Source: an uncultured archaeon | GTDB lineage: Archaea; Iainarchaeota; Iainarchaeia; Iainarchaeales; CSSED10-239 | Reading direction: 5' to 3' | DNA length: 32,000 nucleotides | Assembly (NCBI GenBank): GCA_964591795.1 | Contig: CAZQEL010000002.1 | Span: 1 to 32,000 of the forward strand | Part shown: piece after piece, positions 17,171 through 25,700 of the stretch | Layout of the letters: each line of letters opens with the position of its first letter | How positions within the stretch are numbered: the stretch's first letter is position 1 | Notes under the pieces: model-generated | Seen by the model: only the letters and a program-made list of their open reading frames with translations | What the model was told of the DNA's origin: nothing | The model's database searches: none | Made by a program: the position numbers and the translations under genes

Positions 17171-17210
17171 TTACCCTGGATAAACTTATTTTTTAAATGT
17201 CCAGAGTAAG
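17171..17210. repeat. Second copy of the hairpin (TTACCCTGGA-N19-TCCAGAGTAA) downstream of Fic
   Basis: The arms are 17171-17180 and 17200-17209 with one C/A mismatch. The arm core sequence is the same as in 16101-16140. Confidence 0.7.
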
Positions 17211-17247
17211 ATTGTAATTTTTGTCCTTTTTTTAAATTAACATTTAA

Positions 17248-17277
17248 AGATATATTTTAGATATCTTTTAGATATCT
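17248..17277. promoter_or_regulatory. Putative RHH-antitoxin operator: AGATATCT palindromes phased at 11 bp
   Basis: The sites are AGATATAT (17248), AGATATCT (17259-17266) and AGATATCT (17270-17277). They are spaced 11 nt apart and lie 30-60 nt upstream of ATG 17307. Confidence 0.45.
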
Positions 17278-17306
17278 TTGAATATGTGTTGTTTTATAAT
17301 TATATT

Positions 17307-17558
17307 ATGGATGAATTTATAGTTAGATTAAAAGGTAAGCCAAAAGAATACCTTGATATTCTACTTAAGGAAGGATATTTTAATACCAAAAGTGAAATTG
17401 TAAGACATGGTATTTTAGCTCTTGCTAATAAATACAATGTAGAACAAGATTATGTTGTAGATAAAGATGAACTAATAAAAGTAGGTAAGGCTGTAAAAAG
17501 AGAATTAAGAGATATTCAAAAAAAAAAAGTAAATTATATACTGAAGATGAATTTTTAG
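17307..17558 (+). CDS. Ribbon-helix-helix (CopG/RHH) antitoxin-like protein, apparently frameshifted at an A11 run
   Basis: 'FIVRLKGKPKEYLDILLKEGYFNTKSEIVRHGILAL' has the beta-alpha-alpha RHH pattern. After the A11 run (17518-17528), the +1 frame reads 'SKLYTEDEFLELFPHLKKVK*' and ends at 17590, 9 nt before the toxin start. Confidence 0.55.
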   Translation: MDEFIVRLKGKPKEYLDILLKEGYFNTKSEIVRHGILALANKYNVEQDYVVDKDELIKVGKAVKRELRDIQKKKVNYILKMNF

Positions 17559-17599
17559 AATTATTTCCACATTTAAAAAAAGTAAAATAGTGGTATTTA

Positions 17600-17821
17600 T
17601 TGTATGATTATAAGTTAACTGAATCATTTAAAAAAGATTTTGAAAAATTAGATGTTTCTTTTCAAATTATTATTTTTAAAAAAATAAAATATATTCTTTC
17701 GAATGATATTTCAAGAAAGCATTTAAAATATGGTTATCCTTATTTTGTATTAAAACTTAACATTTCTTCTAGACTTGTTTGTATGATTAAAAATGGTGTT
17801 CTTCTTTATAATTTATTTTAA
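17600..17821 (+). CDS. RelE/ParE-superfamily toxin-like protein (short)
   Basis: The N-terminal 'YDYKLTESFKKDFEKL' is typical of RelE/ParE/YafQ-type toxins. It sits directly downstream of the RHH gene. It starts at TTG. At 73 aa it may lack the usual C-terminal catalytic residues. Confidence 0.45.
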   Translation: MYDYKLTESFKKDFEKLDVSFQIIIFKKIKYILSNDISRKHLKYGYPYFVLKLNISSRLVCMIKNGVLLYNLF

Positions 17822-17854
17822 GAAAACTTATTGTTTTAAGTTTGTTAAAATTAA

Positions 17855-18985
17855 TTATTTTATTTTTTTAATAACTTCTTCGAAAAATAATTTAATTAAA
17901 TAACCTAAACAAGGAGATGAGATGTAATTTGTGACTTCTGATATTTTTATCCATTTAAAATTAATGTGTGCTGGGATTTTTAGTTCTTCAGAATCTGTGG
18001 TAACATAGTAATATTCAGTATATATTTTTTTAAATGTGTTTTCTGATTTTTCGTACCAGTGGTGGCAACCGCCCATTTTTTTTTCAATTATTTTTAAATT
18101 AGTAAGACCAGTTTCTAATTCAATTTCTTTTTTAATAACTTTAAGTGATTTTTTTATTTGTTTTTCTGATGGTTTTCCTTTTGGAAAACTCCAAAAACCA
18201 CAACTGGTTTTATTGTCTTCAAGTAAGAGTATTTTTTTAATTTTAGGATTGTATATTATTTTTCCTTTTGCATAATTAAATTTTATTTTTAATAATTTAT
18301 TTTTTATATATATGTCTTCAAGATTTGTTTTATTTAGAGTTAATTCAAATTTTAAAATTTGATTTAAAATTATATCTTTATTAATTTTATTGTAATTTTT
18401 AATTTTTGAAAGCATTTTTTGTGTATCTTTAATATCTACTTTTAATTGATTTAAAAGTCTTGCATATTTATCTAAATTGTAATACATTTTATATTTGTTA
18501 TTTTGAAAATAATTTTCTAAAAACTCAATTCTTATTTTTGAAAAAACACTTGTAGTTTCAAATGAGAATTCAAAATAGGTTTTTGATTTAAGTAGGTTTA
18601 AAAGATCATCTTCAATTCTGTACCCATATATAAAAAAGCTATTAAGTATGAAATCATAAAGATAAGGGTAAAATAGATCTGTGGATATATTTTTTAAATT
18701 ATTTTTATCTTGTGCATTTATTTTAAATTCAATTTCTATTTGGTATTTCTTACTTACATCTTCTTTAATTTTAGCTAAAGCATTAATATCTGTTTTTTTA
18801 AGTTCTTTATTTTTTGTAAAAACCATAACATTAAGGTCACTTTCTTTAGGAGTTACTTCTCCTCTTGCAAAAGAACCGTGAATATATACTGATTTTATAA
18901 ATGGAAATTTTTTCTTATTAAAAATTGTTTTTAAATAGTTTGTTAATGTATAATATTCTTCTAGATTTTTATTTATAATATCCAT
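17855..18985 (-). CDS. Fusion protein: N-terminal Pol-beta-superfamily nucleotidyltransferase + helical linker + C-terminal Nudix-like domain
   Basis: 'IHGSFARGEVTPKESDLNVMVF' matches the G[SG]-x9-13-DxD NTase motif, here with DLN in place of DxD. The C-terminal 'WSFPKGKPSEKQIKKSLKVIKKEIELETGL' is a degenerate Nudix box: KEIELETGL versus REUxEExGU. Confidence 0.5.
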   Translation of the reverse strand: MDIINKNLEEYYTLTNYLKTIFNKKKFPFIKSVYIHGSFARGEVTPKESDLNVMVFTKNKELKKTDINALAKIKEDVSKKYQIEIEFKINAQDKNNLKNISTDLFYPYLYDFILNSFFIYGYRIEDDLLNLLKSKTYFEFSFETTSVFSKIRIEFLENYFQNNKYKMYYNLDKYARLLNQLKVDIKDTQKMLSKIKNYNKINKDIILNQILKFELTLNKTNLEDIYIKNKLLKIKFNYAKGKIIYNPKIKKILLLEDNKTSCGFWSFPKGKPSEKQIKKSLKVIKKEIELETGLTNLKIIEKKMGGCHHWYEKSENTFKKIYTEYYYVTTDSEELKIPAHINFKWIKISEVTNYISSPCLGYLIKLFFEEVIKKIK

Positions 18986-19188
18986 ATCTTCTCAATATTT
19001 AGATTGTTATTTATATATTTTCTAGTATGTTTTTTAAAGGTATTTATTTTAGTGGTTTTTATTAAAACAAATTTTTTGTGTACACATAAAAAGATGATCT
19101 GTTTATAAATATTATGTACTTTCATATTTTGAATACAAAAAAGAAACTTCTTTTTAAAAAAGAGATAATCATACAAGGATGGTACACA

Positions 19189-19521
19189 ATGAACAAAAAA
19201 TATTTAATTGCAGGTATACTGTTAGTAATAGCTGCATCTTTTCTCTTAGCTGTTCAAATGAATTTTTCAGCTAATAAAAACAATAGTGATTTTATTGCAA
19301 AAAAAGATAATACAGTAAACATGTATGTTTTTTCAAAAACAACTTCTTTTGATCAATCACTTTATTTTGCAAATCAAAACCAAATTAAAAAGTGTAAATC
19401 TAGTCCACGTTGTATTGGTAACACTTGTGGGATTTGTAATACAGCATCATATGGTGCATTTTCTGCAAAACTTGCAAAAGATATTAACTGGGTAACAAAA
19501 GGTGTTATTACGTCTGTTTAA
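19189..19521 (+). CDS. Small secreted or membrane-anchored Cys-containing protein
   Basis: I place the start at ATG 19189 (MNKKYLIAGILLVIAASFLLAV, a signal/anchor sequence), preceded by AAGGATGGT. It has the C-terminal cluster 'CKSSPRCIGNTCGIC'. Confidence 0.45.
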   Translation: MNKKYLIAGILLVIAASFLLAVQMNFSANKNNSDFIAKKDNTVNMYVFSKTTSFDQSLYFANQNQIKKCKSSPRCIGNTCGICNTASYGAFSAKLAKDINWVTKGVITSV

Positions 19522-19562
19522 CTTACAAAACCAATAAAATCTGTTTCTTTATAATTAAATAG

Positions 19563-19602
19563 GATTAAAACTACATAACACATAGTTTTAATCTTTATTT
19601 TT
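19563..19602 (+). terminator. 11-bp perfect stem / 9-nt loop followed by a T-rich tail
   Basis: gattaaaacta-cataacaca-tagttttaatc (19563-19593) is followed by tttattttt. Confidence 0.4.
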
Positions 19603-19660
19603 AATATTTTAGTTCCCTTTATTAATATTTTCCTTCATTAATTATATTTGTGAAGTACAT

Positions 19661-20989
19661 ATGGATATAAATAACTCAAAAGAAATATTTGGAAAAGTAA
19701 TGAAAGAAACAGGTAAATCTGAATCAGAACTACTTGATCTTCTTGAAAAAATAAAAGAAAAATACCAAGGTCTATTGTCTGAGGTTGGAGCAAACATAAT
19801 GCTCGCTAAGCAATTTGGTATTAATTTAGAAGCAAGTCATCCTACTTCTGCTATTGTAAAAATAAATGATTTAGAAAACATAACTGATGCTTCACTTTAT
19901 GCAAGAGTTAAATTTATACCAGCTCCTAGAGGTTATACTCAAAAAGATGGAACCAAAGGAAGAATACAAGCAATATATGTTTTTGATGAAACAGGTGAAA
20001 TAAAAGTAAATCTTTGGAATGATCAAGCAGATTTAGTACATTCACTTAAACTTGATAAAAATTCAAAAATTTTAATAAAAGACACATATATTACAACTTA
20101 TAATGATAAAAAAGAACTTTCTTTAAGACAGGGTGGAATGATTACAAAAGATCCCGTTGATTTTCCAGTAATTGTACCAAAGGAAGAAAATTTAGTTGAT
20201 GTATCTAACATAAATCAAACTGAAAGTTTAATTGATGTTATTGGAAGAATAACAGTTATTTATAATAAAAATTCATTTAAAGATAAAGACGATAAAGATC
20301 GTTTTGTTTTAAACTTTGAAGTATCAGATGGAATTAAATCTTTAAAGTTTGTAGCATGGGATCCTTGGCCAGATTATATTTTAGAAAACTTTGGAAAAGG
20401 TGATTTAATTAAAATGTCTGATTTAAGAGTTAAAGAAGGCCTTTATGATTTAGATATTAATCTAAATTGGTTTTCAACAGTTATTAAAGACCCAGTTACT
20501 ACTAAAAAAATACCATCCTTAACTGAAATTTTAGCACTAACTAAATCTTTAGAAGAAGGAAAGATTGAATCTTTAGAAGATGGACGTAATTATTCTTTAG
20601 ATGGTTTAATTGTTTCAATTAATAGAAATAATTTAAGATATTTTAAATGTAAAGATTGTAATGAAAAAGTACAAATAATTAATGGCGACTTCATTTGTGA
20701 AAAATGTAGTAAAATTGTTGATGTTTCAGTTAATTTATTTGGAAGTGTAGATATTGATGATGGTACAGGAATTTTAAAGGTTGTTTTCTTTTCTGAGCTT
20801 GCTGAAAATGTATATAAGTTAAAGAAAGAAAATTTAAAGAAAGAACTAACCGAAGAAGACAAATTAACAATATTTGATAAACTTGAAAATGAACTTCTAG
20901 GTAAAAAAGTTAAAATTTCAGGAAGAGCAAAACTCAATAGTTTTTCTTCAAGAATTGAATTTTTAGCTGATAGCTTTGAAGTTTTATAA
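19661..20989 (+). CDS. rpa: Replication protein A (archaeal RPA, OB-fold ssDNA-binding protein with zinc finger)
   Basis: The N-terminal 'LLDLLEKIKEKYQGLLSEVGANIMLAKQFGINL' is typical of archaeal RPA. There are several OB-fold-like segments ('RIQAIYVFDETGEIKVNLWNDQA', 'FVLNFEVSDGIKSLKFVAWD'). It also has a CxxC-x11-CxxC finger (CKDCNEK...CEKCSK). Confidence 0.7.
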   Translation: MDINNSKEIFGKVMKETGKSESELLDLLEKIKEKYQGLLSEVGANIMLAKQFGINLEASHPTSAIVKINDLENITDASLYARVKFIPAPRGYTQKDGTKGRIQAIYVFDETGEIKVNLWNDQADLVHSLKLDKNSKILIKDTYITTYNDKKELSLRQGGMITKDPVDFPVIVPKEENLVDVSNINQTESLIDVIGRITVIYNKNSFKDKDDKDRFVLNFEVSDGIKSLKFVAWDPWPDYILENFGKGDLIKMSDLRVKEGLYDLDINLNWFSTVIKDPVTTKKIPSLTEILALTKSLEEGKIESLEDGRNYSLDGLIVSINRNNLRYFKCKDCNEKVQIINGDFICEKCSKIVDVSVNLFGSVDIDDGTGILKVVFFSELAENVYKLKKENLKKELTEEDKLTIFDKLENELLGKKVKISGRAKLNSFSSRIEFLADSFEVL

Positions 20990-21000
20990 AAAGATTAAAT

Positions 21001-21810
21001 ATGCGTAAGTTTAGTGATTTGTTTCATCTTAGAAAAAAGAAGCCTCGTAAGTCAACTAAATGGAGTTTAACTTCAGATAAACCTTTAGGTATTAAAGATA
21101 AGTTAAAGCAAGTTATTGGTAAAAGACGACAATTAATTTATTCTGCTGAAGCTAAAAAGAATATTTCAGAAAACAAACATTTAATTAAAATTTTTCTAGA
21201 ATTATTTAAATCCAATTCAATTGAAGCTAAAACTATTACTTTAAAGTCTGGAAAAAAAGTTTTAATTTCTTTAAAAGAAATAAAGGATTCCATATCTAAT
21301 TCTTATCATACTAATAACTTTTATTTATTTAGTATAAAATCTAAATCTGAAACTAAAAAGTATTTTGTTAAATTTGTAAAGGATTCTTTAGATATTAAGA
21401 AAGGGTTTAATGGTATTAATGAGATTACTGCACTTGATATAATTAAAAAGATTGGTTTTAATGTTGTTCCTGCTCATTTTTCATATGTGGATTATAATGC
21501 AAATAAATCTTTTATTTTTTATGAGTTTCAAGATAAATTAATTGATGCTGAAAAAGCCTATAAGAAAAAAATCATTGATGGTGATGATGTTTTAAAAATA
21601 AAACAAAAATTAAAAAGAGCAGAATTAAAAATTAATAAAGAATTAAGTACTTATCAAGGTTTAAAAGTACATCCTAAAAATAAAATATATAATGTTTATC
21701 CAAATAAATTTAAAGATTTTTCTGCACTCCCTGTTTTTATTGATCCTAAAACTAAAAAACTATATATTTATGATCCTTTATTGTCAAGTTATAAAATGTC
21801 TGGTTTTTAA
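21001..21810 (+). CDS. Lys-rich hypothetical protein, possibly related to ORFs 4405 and 6903
   Basis: Long ORF starting 11 nt after RPA. 'KYFVKFVK' resembles the beta3 Lys, 'FIFYEFQD' is hinge-like, and the C-terminal 'VFIDPKTKKLYIYDPL' is kinase-like. The assignment is weak. Confidence 0.4.
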   Translation: MRKFSDLFHLRKKKPRKSTKWSLTSDKPLGIKDKLKQVIGKRRQLIYSAEAKKNISENKHLIKIFLELFKSNSIEAKTITLKSGKKVLISLKEIKDSISNSYHTNNFYLFSIKSKSETKKYFVKFVKDSLDIKKGFNGINEITALDIIKKIGFNVVPAHFSYVDYNANKSFIFYEFQDKLIDAEKAYKKKIIDGDDVLKIKQKLKRAELKINKELSTYQGLKVHPKNKIYNVYPNKFKDFSALPVFIDPKTKKLYIYDPLLSSYKMSGF

Positions 21811-21930
21811 GATTTATTTAAAAAGTATTTGTATCTTAGATATATATTGTTTAGCTTTTTTTTATATTAAAAAATTAATTTTTTTATAAATATCAAGAGC
21901 TTATTATTTTAAAGAAAACTGTGATATTTT

Positions 21931-22875
21931 ATGATTGAATTTTTAAAACCAACTTCTACTGATTTATTAGAATTAAAACAACCAGAAAAGAACATATGGA
22001 TAAACCTAGTTCATCCTGATGAAAAAGAGGTTGTTGAACTTTCAAAAATACTTGATCTTAAGGTTCAAGATTTTGAAGATTTAAAACTAGATATTGAATC
22101 TATTTCTGATGATGATGAAATTCCTATTTATGAAAAAAAGGATAATGGTTTTATCTTTATGATTATTAAAACTCCTCAAGATTCAACAGGGTCTTTAAAT
22201 CAAGACTATGTAACTGTTCCTTTAGGTATTATTATTACAAAAGACTATGTTGTTACTATTGTTTCTAAGAAAAACACAGTTATTAATAGAATGAAACAAA
22301 AAACATTTGCTTTTGATAGAATTTATTTTACATTAAGACTTCTTTTAGTAACTTCAAGATCCTATCTTTATTTCTTAAAAGAAGTTAATAGACGTTTAAA
22401 GAAAATAGAACATTCATTAGAACTTGATCAAAACAATAAAGAAATTGCTGATCTTTTAGATATTCAAAAATCCTTAGTTTATTTTAATACTTCAATTATT
22501 AACAATCAAATTCTTTTTGAAAAGATCTTTAGAACACCTATGTTTATAAAAAGTAAGAAAAATAAAGAAATTATTGATGATTTGTTAGATGAAAATAGAC
22601 AAGCTATGCAAACAACTCAAATTTATTCTGATAATATTACACACACATTAACTGTGGTGTCATCAATCATTTCAAACAACTTGAACCGGATTGTTAAATT
22701 TTTAACCTCAGTATCAATTGTTATTGCAATACCGACTTTAGTTGCAAGTCTTTATGGTATGAACGTGCCTCTTCCTTTACAAACTAACCCCCAAGCATTT
22801 ATTTTAGTACTTACAATCTCTGTGATTGTGTCTGTATTGATTGGTGTGTTCTTATGGAAAAGAAAGTTATTTTAA
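21931..22875 (+). CDS. corA: CorA-family magnesium/cobalt transporter
   Basis: It has the signature 'LYGMNVP' (GMN motif) between two C-terminal TM helices. The length and architecture are typical of CorA. Confidence 0.85.
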   Translation: MIEFLKPTSTDLLELKQPEKNIWINLVHPDEKEVVELSKILDLKVQDFEDLKLDIESISDDDEIPIYEKKDNGFIFMIIKTPQDSTGSLNQDYVTVPLGIIITKDYVVTIVSKKNTVINRMKQKTFAFDRIYFTLRLLLVTSRSYLYFLKEVNRRLKKIEHSLELDQNNKEIADLLDIQKSLVYFNTSIINNQILFEKIFRTPMFIKSKKNKEIIDDLLDENRQAMQTTQIYSDNITHTLTVVSSIISNNLNRIVKFLTSVSIVIAIPTLVASLYGMNVPLPLQTNPQAFILVLTISVIVSVLIGVFLWKRKLF

Positions 22876-22902
22876 AATAAAAAGGAATAAACTAATTTTA
22901 GT

Positions 22903-23844
22903 TTATTCTAATATTCTTTCAACTTGTTCTTTATTATTTATTATTTCTAGTACCCCTTTACTTAAACTTCTTGGACTAAAGTTAGGGTATACTGATTTTA
23001 ATCTTTGAATGTCTGTTCTTTTCTCAAAAGTACCATCTGGTTTAGATGCATCCCATTTAATTTCTCCAGACCAACCAATTTCTTTTCTAATTATTTCTGC
23101 AATTTCTTTTATTGAATAATCAAAACCTGTGCCTATGTTTATTATTTGTTCTGAAGAATAATTATTCATTAAATACACTAATGCATCTGCACAATCATCA
23201 CTGTATAATGCTTCACGTCTAGGTGTACCTGTTCCCCATAGCATTACTTCGTTACCTTTTTCTTTTGCAAGTAATATTTTTTTAATTAATCCTGGAATCA
23301 TATGCCCATTTTCAAGATCATATGTGTCATTAAATCCATAAAGGTTAGTTGGCATAGCACAAATTGTATCAATATTATATTGTTTTCTATATAATTGGCA
23401 TGCAACTATTCCAGTTCCTTTAGCAACTGCATATCCTTTGTTTGTTTCTTCAAGTTTACCTGCCATGAATCTATCTTCGTTTATTGGTTGAGGATTTTCT
23501 CTAGGGTATATACATGTAGACCCAGTGAATAATACTTTTGCTTTAGGGCAATTATTTTTAGTCGCTTCTAATAAATTTAAAATCATTGTTGTATTTTGAT
23601 ATAAAAAATCAGCTGGTCTTTGACTATTTCCTTGTATTCCTCCAACAAGACCTGCAACCATGAAAATATACTCTGGGGTTTCTTTTTTTAAATATTCTTC
23701 AATTTCTGATTTTTCTAATAAATTAAGTTCCTTACTTCTTGGTTTTAGAATATTATTGTGTCCTTGTTTTGTTAATGTTCTATATACTGCACTTCCAAGT
23801 AATCCATTCCCACCTAAAAGTAATATTTTTGATTCTGTTTTCAT
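22903..23844 (-). CDS. fcl: GDP-L-fucose synthase (GDP-4-keto-6-deoxy-D-mannose 3,5-epimerase/4-reductase)
   Basis: It has the Rossmann motif 'LLLGGNGLLGSAV'. It also has 'GSTCIYP', 'YAVAKGTG' (YxxxK) and 'PTNLYGFND...HMIPGLIKK', and it is adjacent to gmd. Confidence 0.85.
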   Translation of the reverse strand: MKTESKILLLGGNGLLGSAVYRTLTKQGHNNILKPRSKELNLLEKSEIEEYLKKETPEYIFMVAGLVGGIQGNSQRPADFLYQNTTMILNLLEATKNNCPKAKVLFTGSTCIYPRENPQPINEDRFMAGKLEETNKGYAVAKGTGIVACQLYRKQYNIDTICAMPTNLYGFNDTYDLENGHMIPGLIKKILLAKEKGNEVMLWGTGTPRREALYSDDCADALVYLMNNYSSEQIINIGTGFDYSIKEIAEIIRKEIGWSGEIKWDASKPDGTFEKRTDIQRLKSVYPNFSPRSLSKGVLEIINNKEQVERILE

Positions 23845-23854
23845 TATTTATCAC

Positions 23855-24910
23855 CTAGTATAATATTTTGTCATTATTTTTAATTAAATCATAATCAGAT
23901 TTAACCATTAGCTTTACTAACTCTTCAAATTTAGTTTTTGCACTCCAACCTAATTTTTCTTTAGCTTTAGATGCATCTCCTAAAAGTATTTCAACTTCAG
24001 TTGGTCTGAAGAATCTTTCATTTATTTTAATTATTGTTTTTCCTGTGTTTGAATCAATTCCTATTTCATTAACTCCAGTTCCTTTCCAGGTAATTTCAAT
24101 ATCTAATTCTTTACAAGAAAGTTCAATAAATTCTCTAATAGAGTGGGTTTCTCCAGTTGCAATTACAAAGTCATCTGGTTTTTCTTGTTGGAGCATAAGA
24201 TGCATTGCTTCAACATATTCTTTTGCATATCCCCAATCTCTTTTTGCATCTAAATTTCCTAATTCTAGGTTTTCTTGTAATCCTAATTTTATTTTAACAA
24301 GCCCTATTGTTATTTTTCTAGTTACAAAATTAAATCCTCTTCTTTCTCCTTCGTGATTGAATAGAATTCCATTACAAGCATACATGTCATATGCTTCTCT
24401 ATAGTTTTTAACCATCCAAAAACTATATAATTTAGCAACACCATATGGACTTCTAGGGTAGAAGGGTGTGTTTTCAGTTTGAGGTGTTTCTAAAACTTTT
24501 CCAAATAATTCTGAGGTTGATGCTTGATAAAATTTAGTTTGTTTTTCAAGACCTAATACTCTTATTCCTTCAAGTAACCTTAAGGTTCCAATTGCATCTA
24601 TTTGTGCTGTAATTTCTGGAATTTCAAAAGAAACTCTTACATGGCTTTGTGCTGCAAGATTATAAACTTCGTCTGGTTGTATTAGTTTTAAAAGATTTAG
24701 GATAGATGTAGTATCTGTTAAATCTCCATAGTGTAAAAATAGTTTTTTATCTAATATTTCTTTATTATTATACAGATGATCAAGTCTCCATGTGTTAATT
24801 ACACTTGCTCTTCTAATTAGTCCGTGGACAATATATCCTTTTTCTAAAAGCAATTCAGTTAAATGAGATCCATCTTGTCCTGTTATTCCAGTTATCAATG
24901 CTGTTTTCAT
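23855..24910 (-). CDS. gmd: GDP-mannose 4,6-dehydratase
   Basis: '[31 protein letters not shown]', '[13 protein letters not shown]', '[10 protein letters not shown]', 'SPYGVAKLY' and '[13 protein letters not shown]' give a near-canonical Gmd motif set. Confidence 0.9.
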   Translation of the reverse strand: MKTALITGITGQDGSHLTELLLEKGYIVHGLIRRASVINTWRLDHLYNNKEILDKKLFLHYGDLTDTTSILNLLKLIQPDEVYNLAAQSHVRVSFEIPEITAQIDAIGTLRLLEGIRVLGLEKQTKFYQASTSELFGKVLETPQTENTPFYPRSPYGVAKLYSFWMVKNYREAYDMYACNGILFNHEGERRGFNFVTRKITIGLVKIKLGLQENLELGNLDAKRDWGYAKEYVEAMHLMLQQEKPDDFVIATGETHSIREFIELSCKELDIEITWKGTGVNEIGIDSNTGKTIIKINERFFRPTEVEILLGDASKAKEKLGWSAKTKFEELVKLMVKSDYDLIKNNDKILY

Positions 24911-25005
24911 ATATTATATGTTAATTAGATATTTTTTTATAACTATTTATTTTCATTTAATTTTATTTAGATATGTTTTTATATATTTTAATATATATAT
25001 ATAAT

Positions 25006-25683
25006 ATGCAAAAGTTACTTTTTTCAAAAGAAAATCCTTTAAAATTAATTAATACTAATAAGAAAGTTATTTTTAATTTTTTAAACGTTGAAAGTCTTTG
25101 GCATTTTAAAAACACTAAATATTATAACTCTCTTATTTTAAACAAAAATAATATTAATTTTCCTGATGGTAAGTTTGTTTCTAATAAATTAAAAGTACCT
25201 CAGCAAAGAGGCCCTTCATTTACTAAAAATTATTTAAAATCTCTTGAAGCTAAATCTAAAAAGCATTTTGTAATTGGAAATTGTACTGGTAAAGAATTAT
25301 CTGTTGTTACAAATATACCCTTAAAGAATATTAAAGTATATTCTCCTTCCTTTATTAATAAAATTATTTTTTCAGACGTAGAAAAAAATAAAATTGCATC
25401 TTTATTGGCTTTATTTAAACCTGATTTTGTGTGGGTTGCTATTGGTGCACCTAAGCAAGAAATTTTATCTAATCAATTATATTTAAAATATGCATGTAAT
25501 TATATAAATATAGGCGCTGCAATTGATTTTTTAACTAATAAAAAATTAGAGGCTCCTAAGTTTTTTAGAATTTTATATTTAGAATGGTTTTATAGGTTAA
25601 TTACAGATTTTAAAAGATCTAGAAAAAAAGTTTTTAGAAGTATAGTTGGTTTGAGATATTTAAAATATATTTCAGTTAAATAA
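25006..25683 (+). CDS. WecG/TagA/CpsF-family glycosyltransferase (GT26)
   Basis: 'FPDGKFV', 'VWVAIGAPKQE' and 'LEWFYRL' are characteristic GT26 motifs. I place the start at ATG 25006. Confidence 0.7.
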   Translation: MQKLLFSKENPLKLINTNKKVIFNFLNVESLWHFKNTKYYNSLILNKNNINFPDGKFVSNKLKVPQQRGPSFTKNYLKSLEAKSKKHFVIGNCTGKELSVVTNIPLKNIKVYSPSFINKIIFSDVEKNKIASLLALFKPDFVWVAIGAPKQEILSNQLYLKYACNYINIGAAIDFLTNKKLEAPKFFRILYLEWFYRLITDFKRSRKKVFRSIVGLRYLKYISVK

Positions 25684-25700
25684 ATAATAAATTGAATGTT

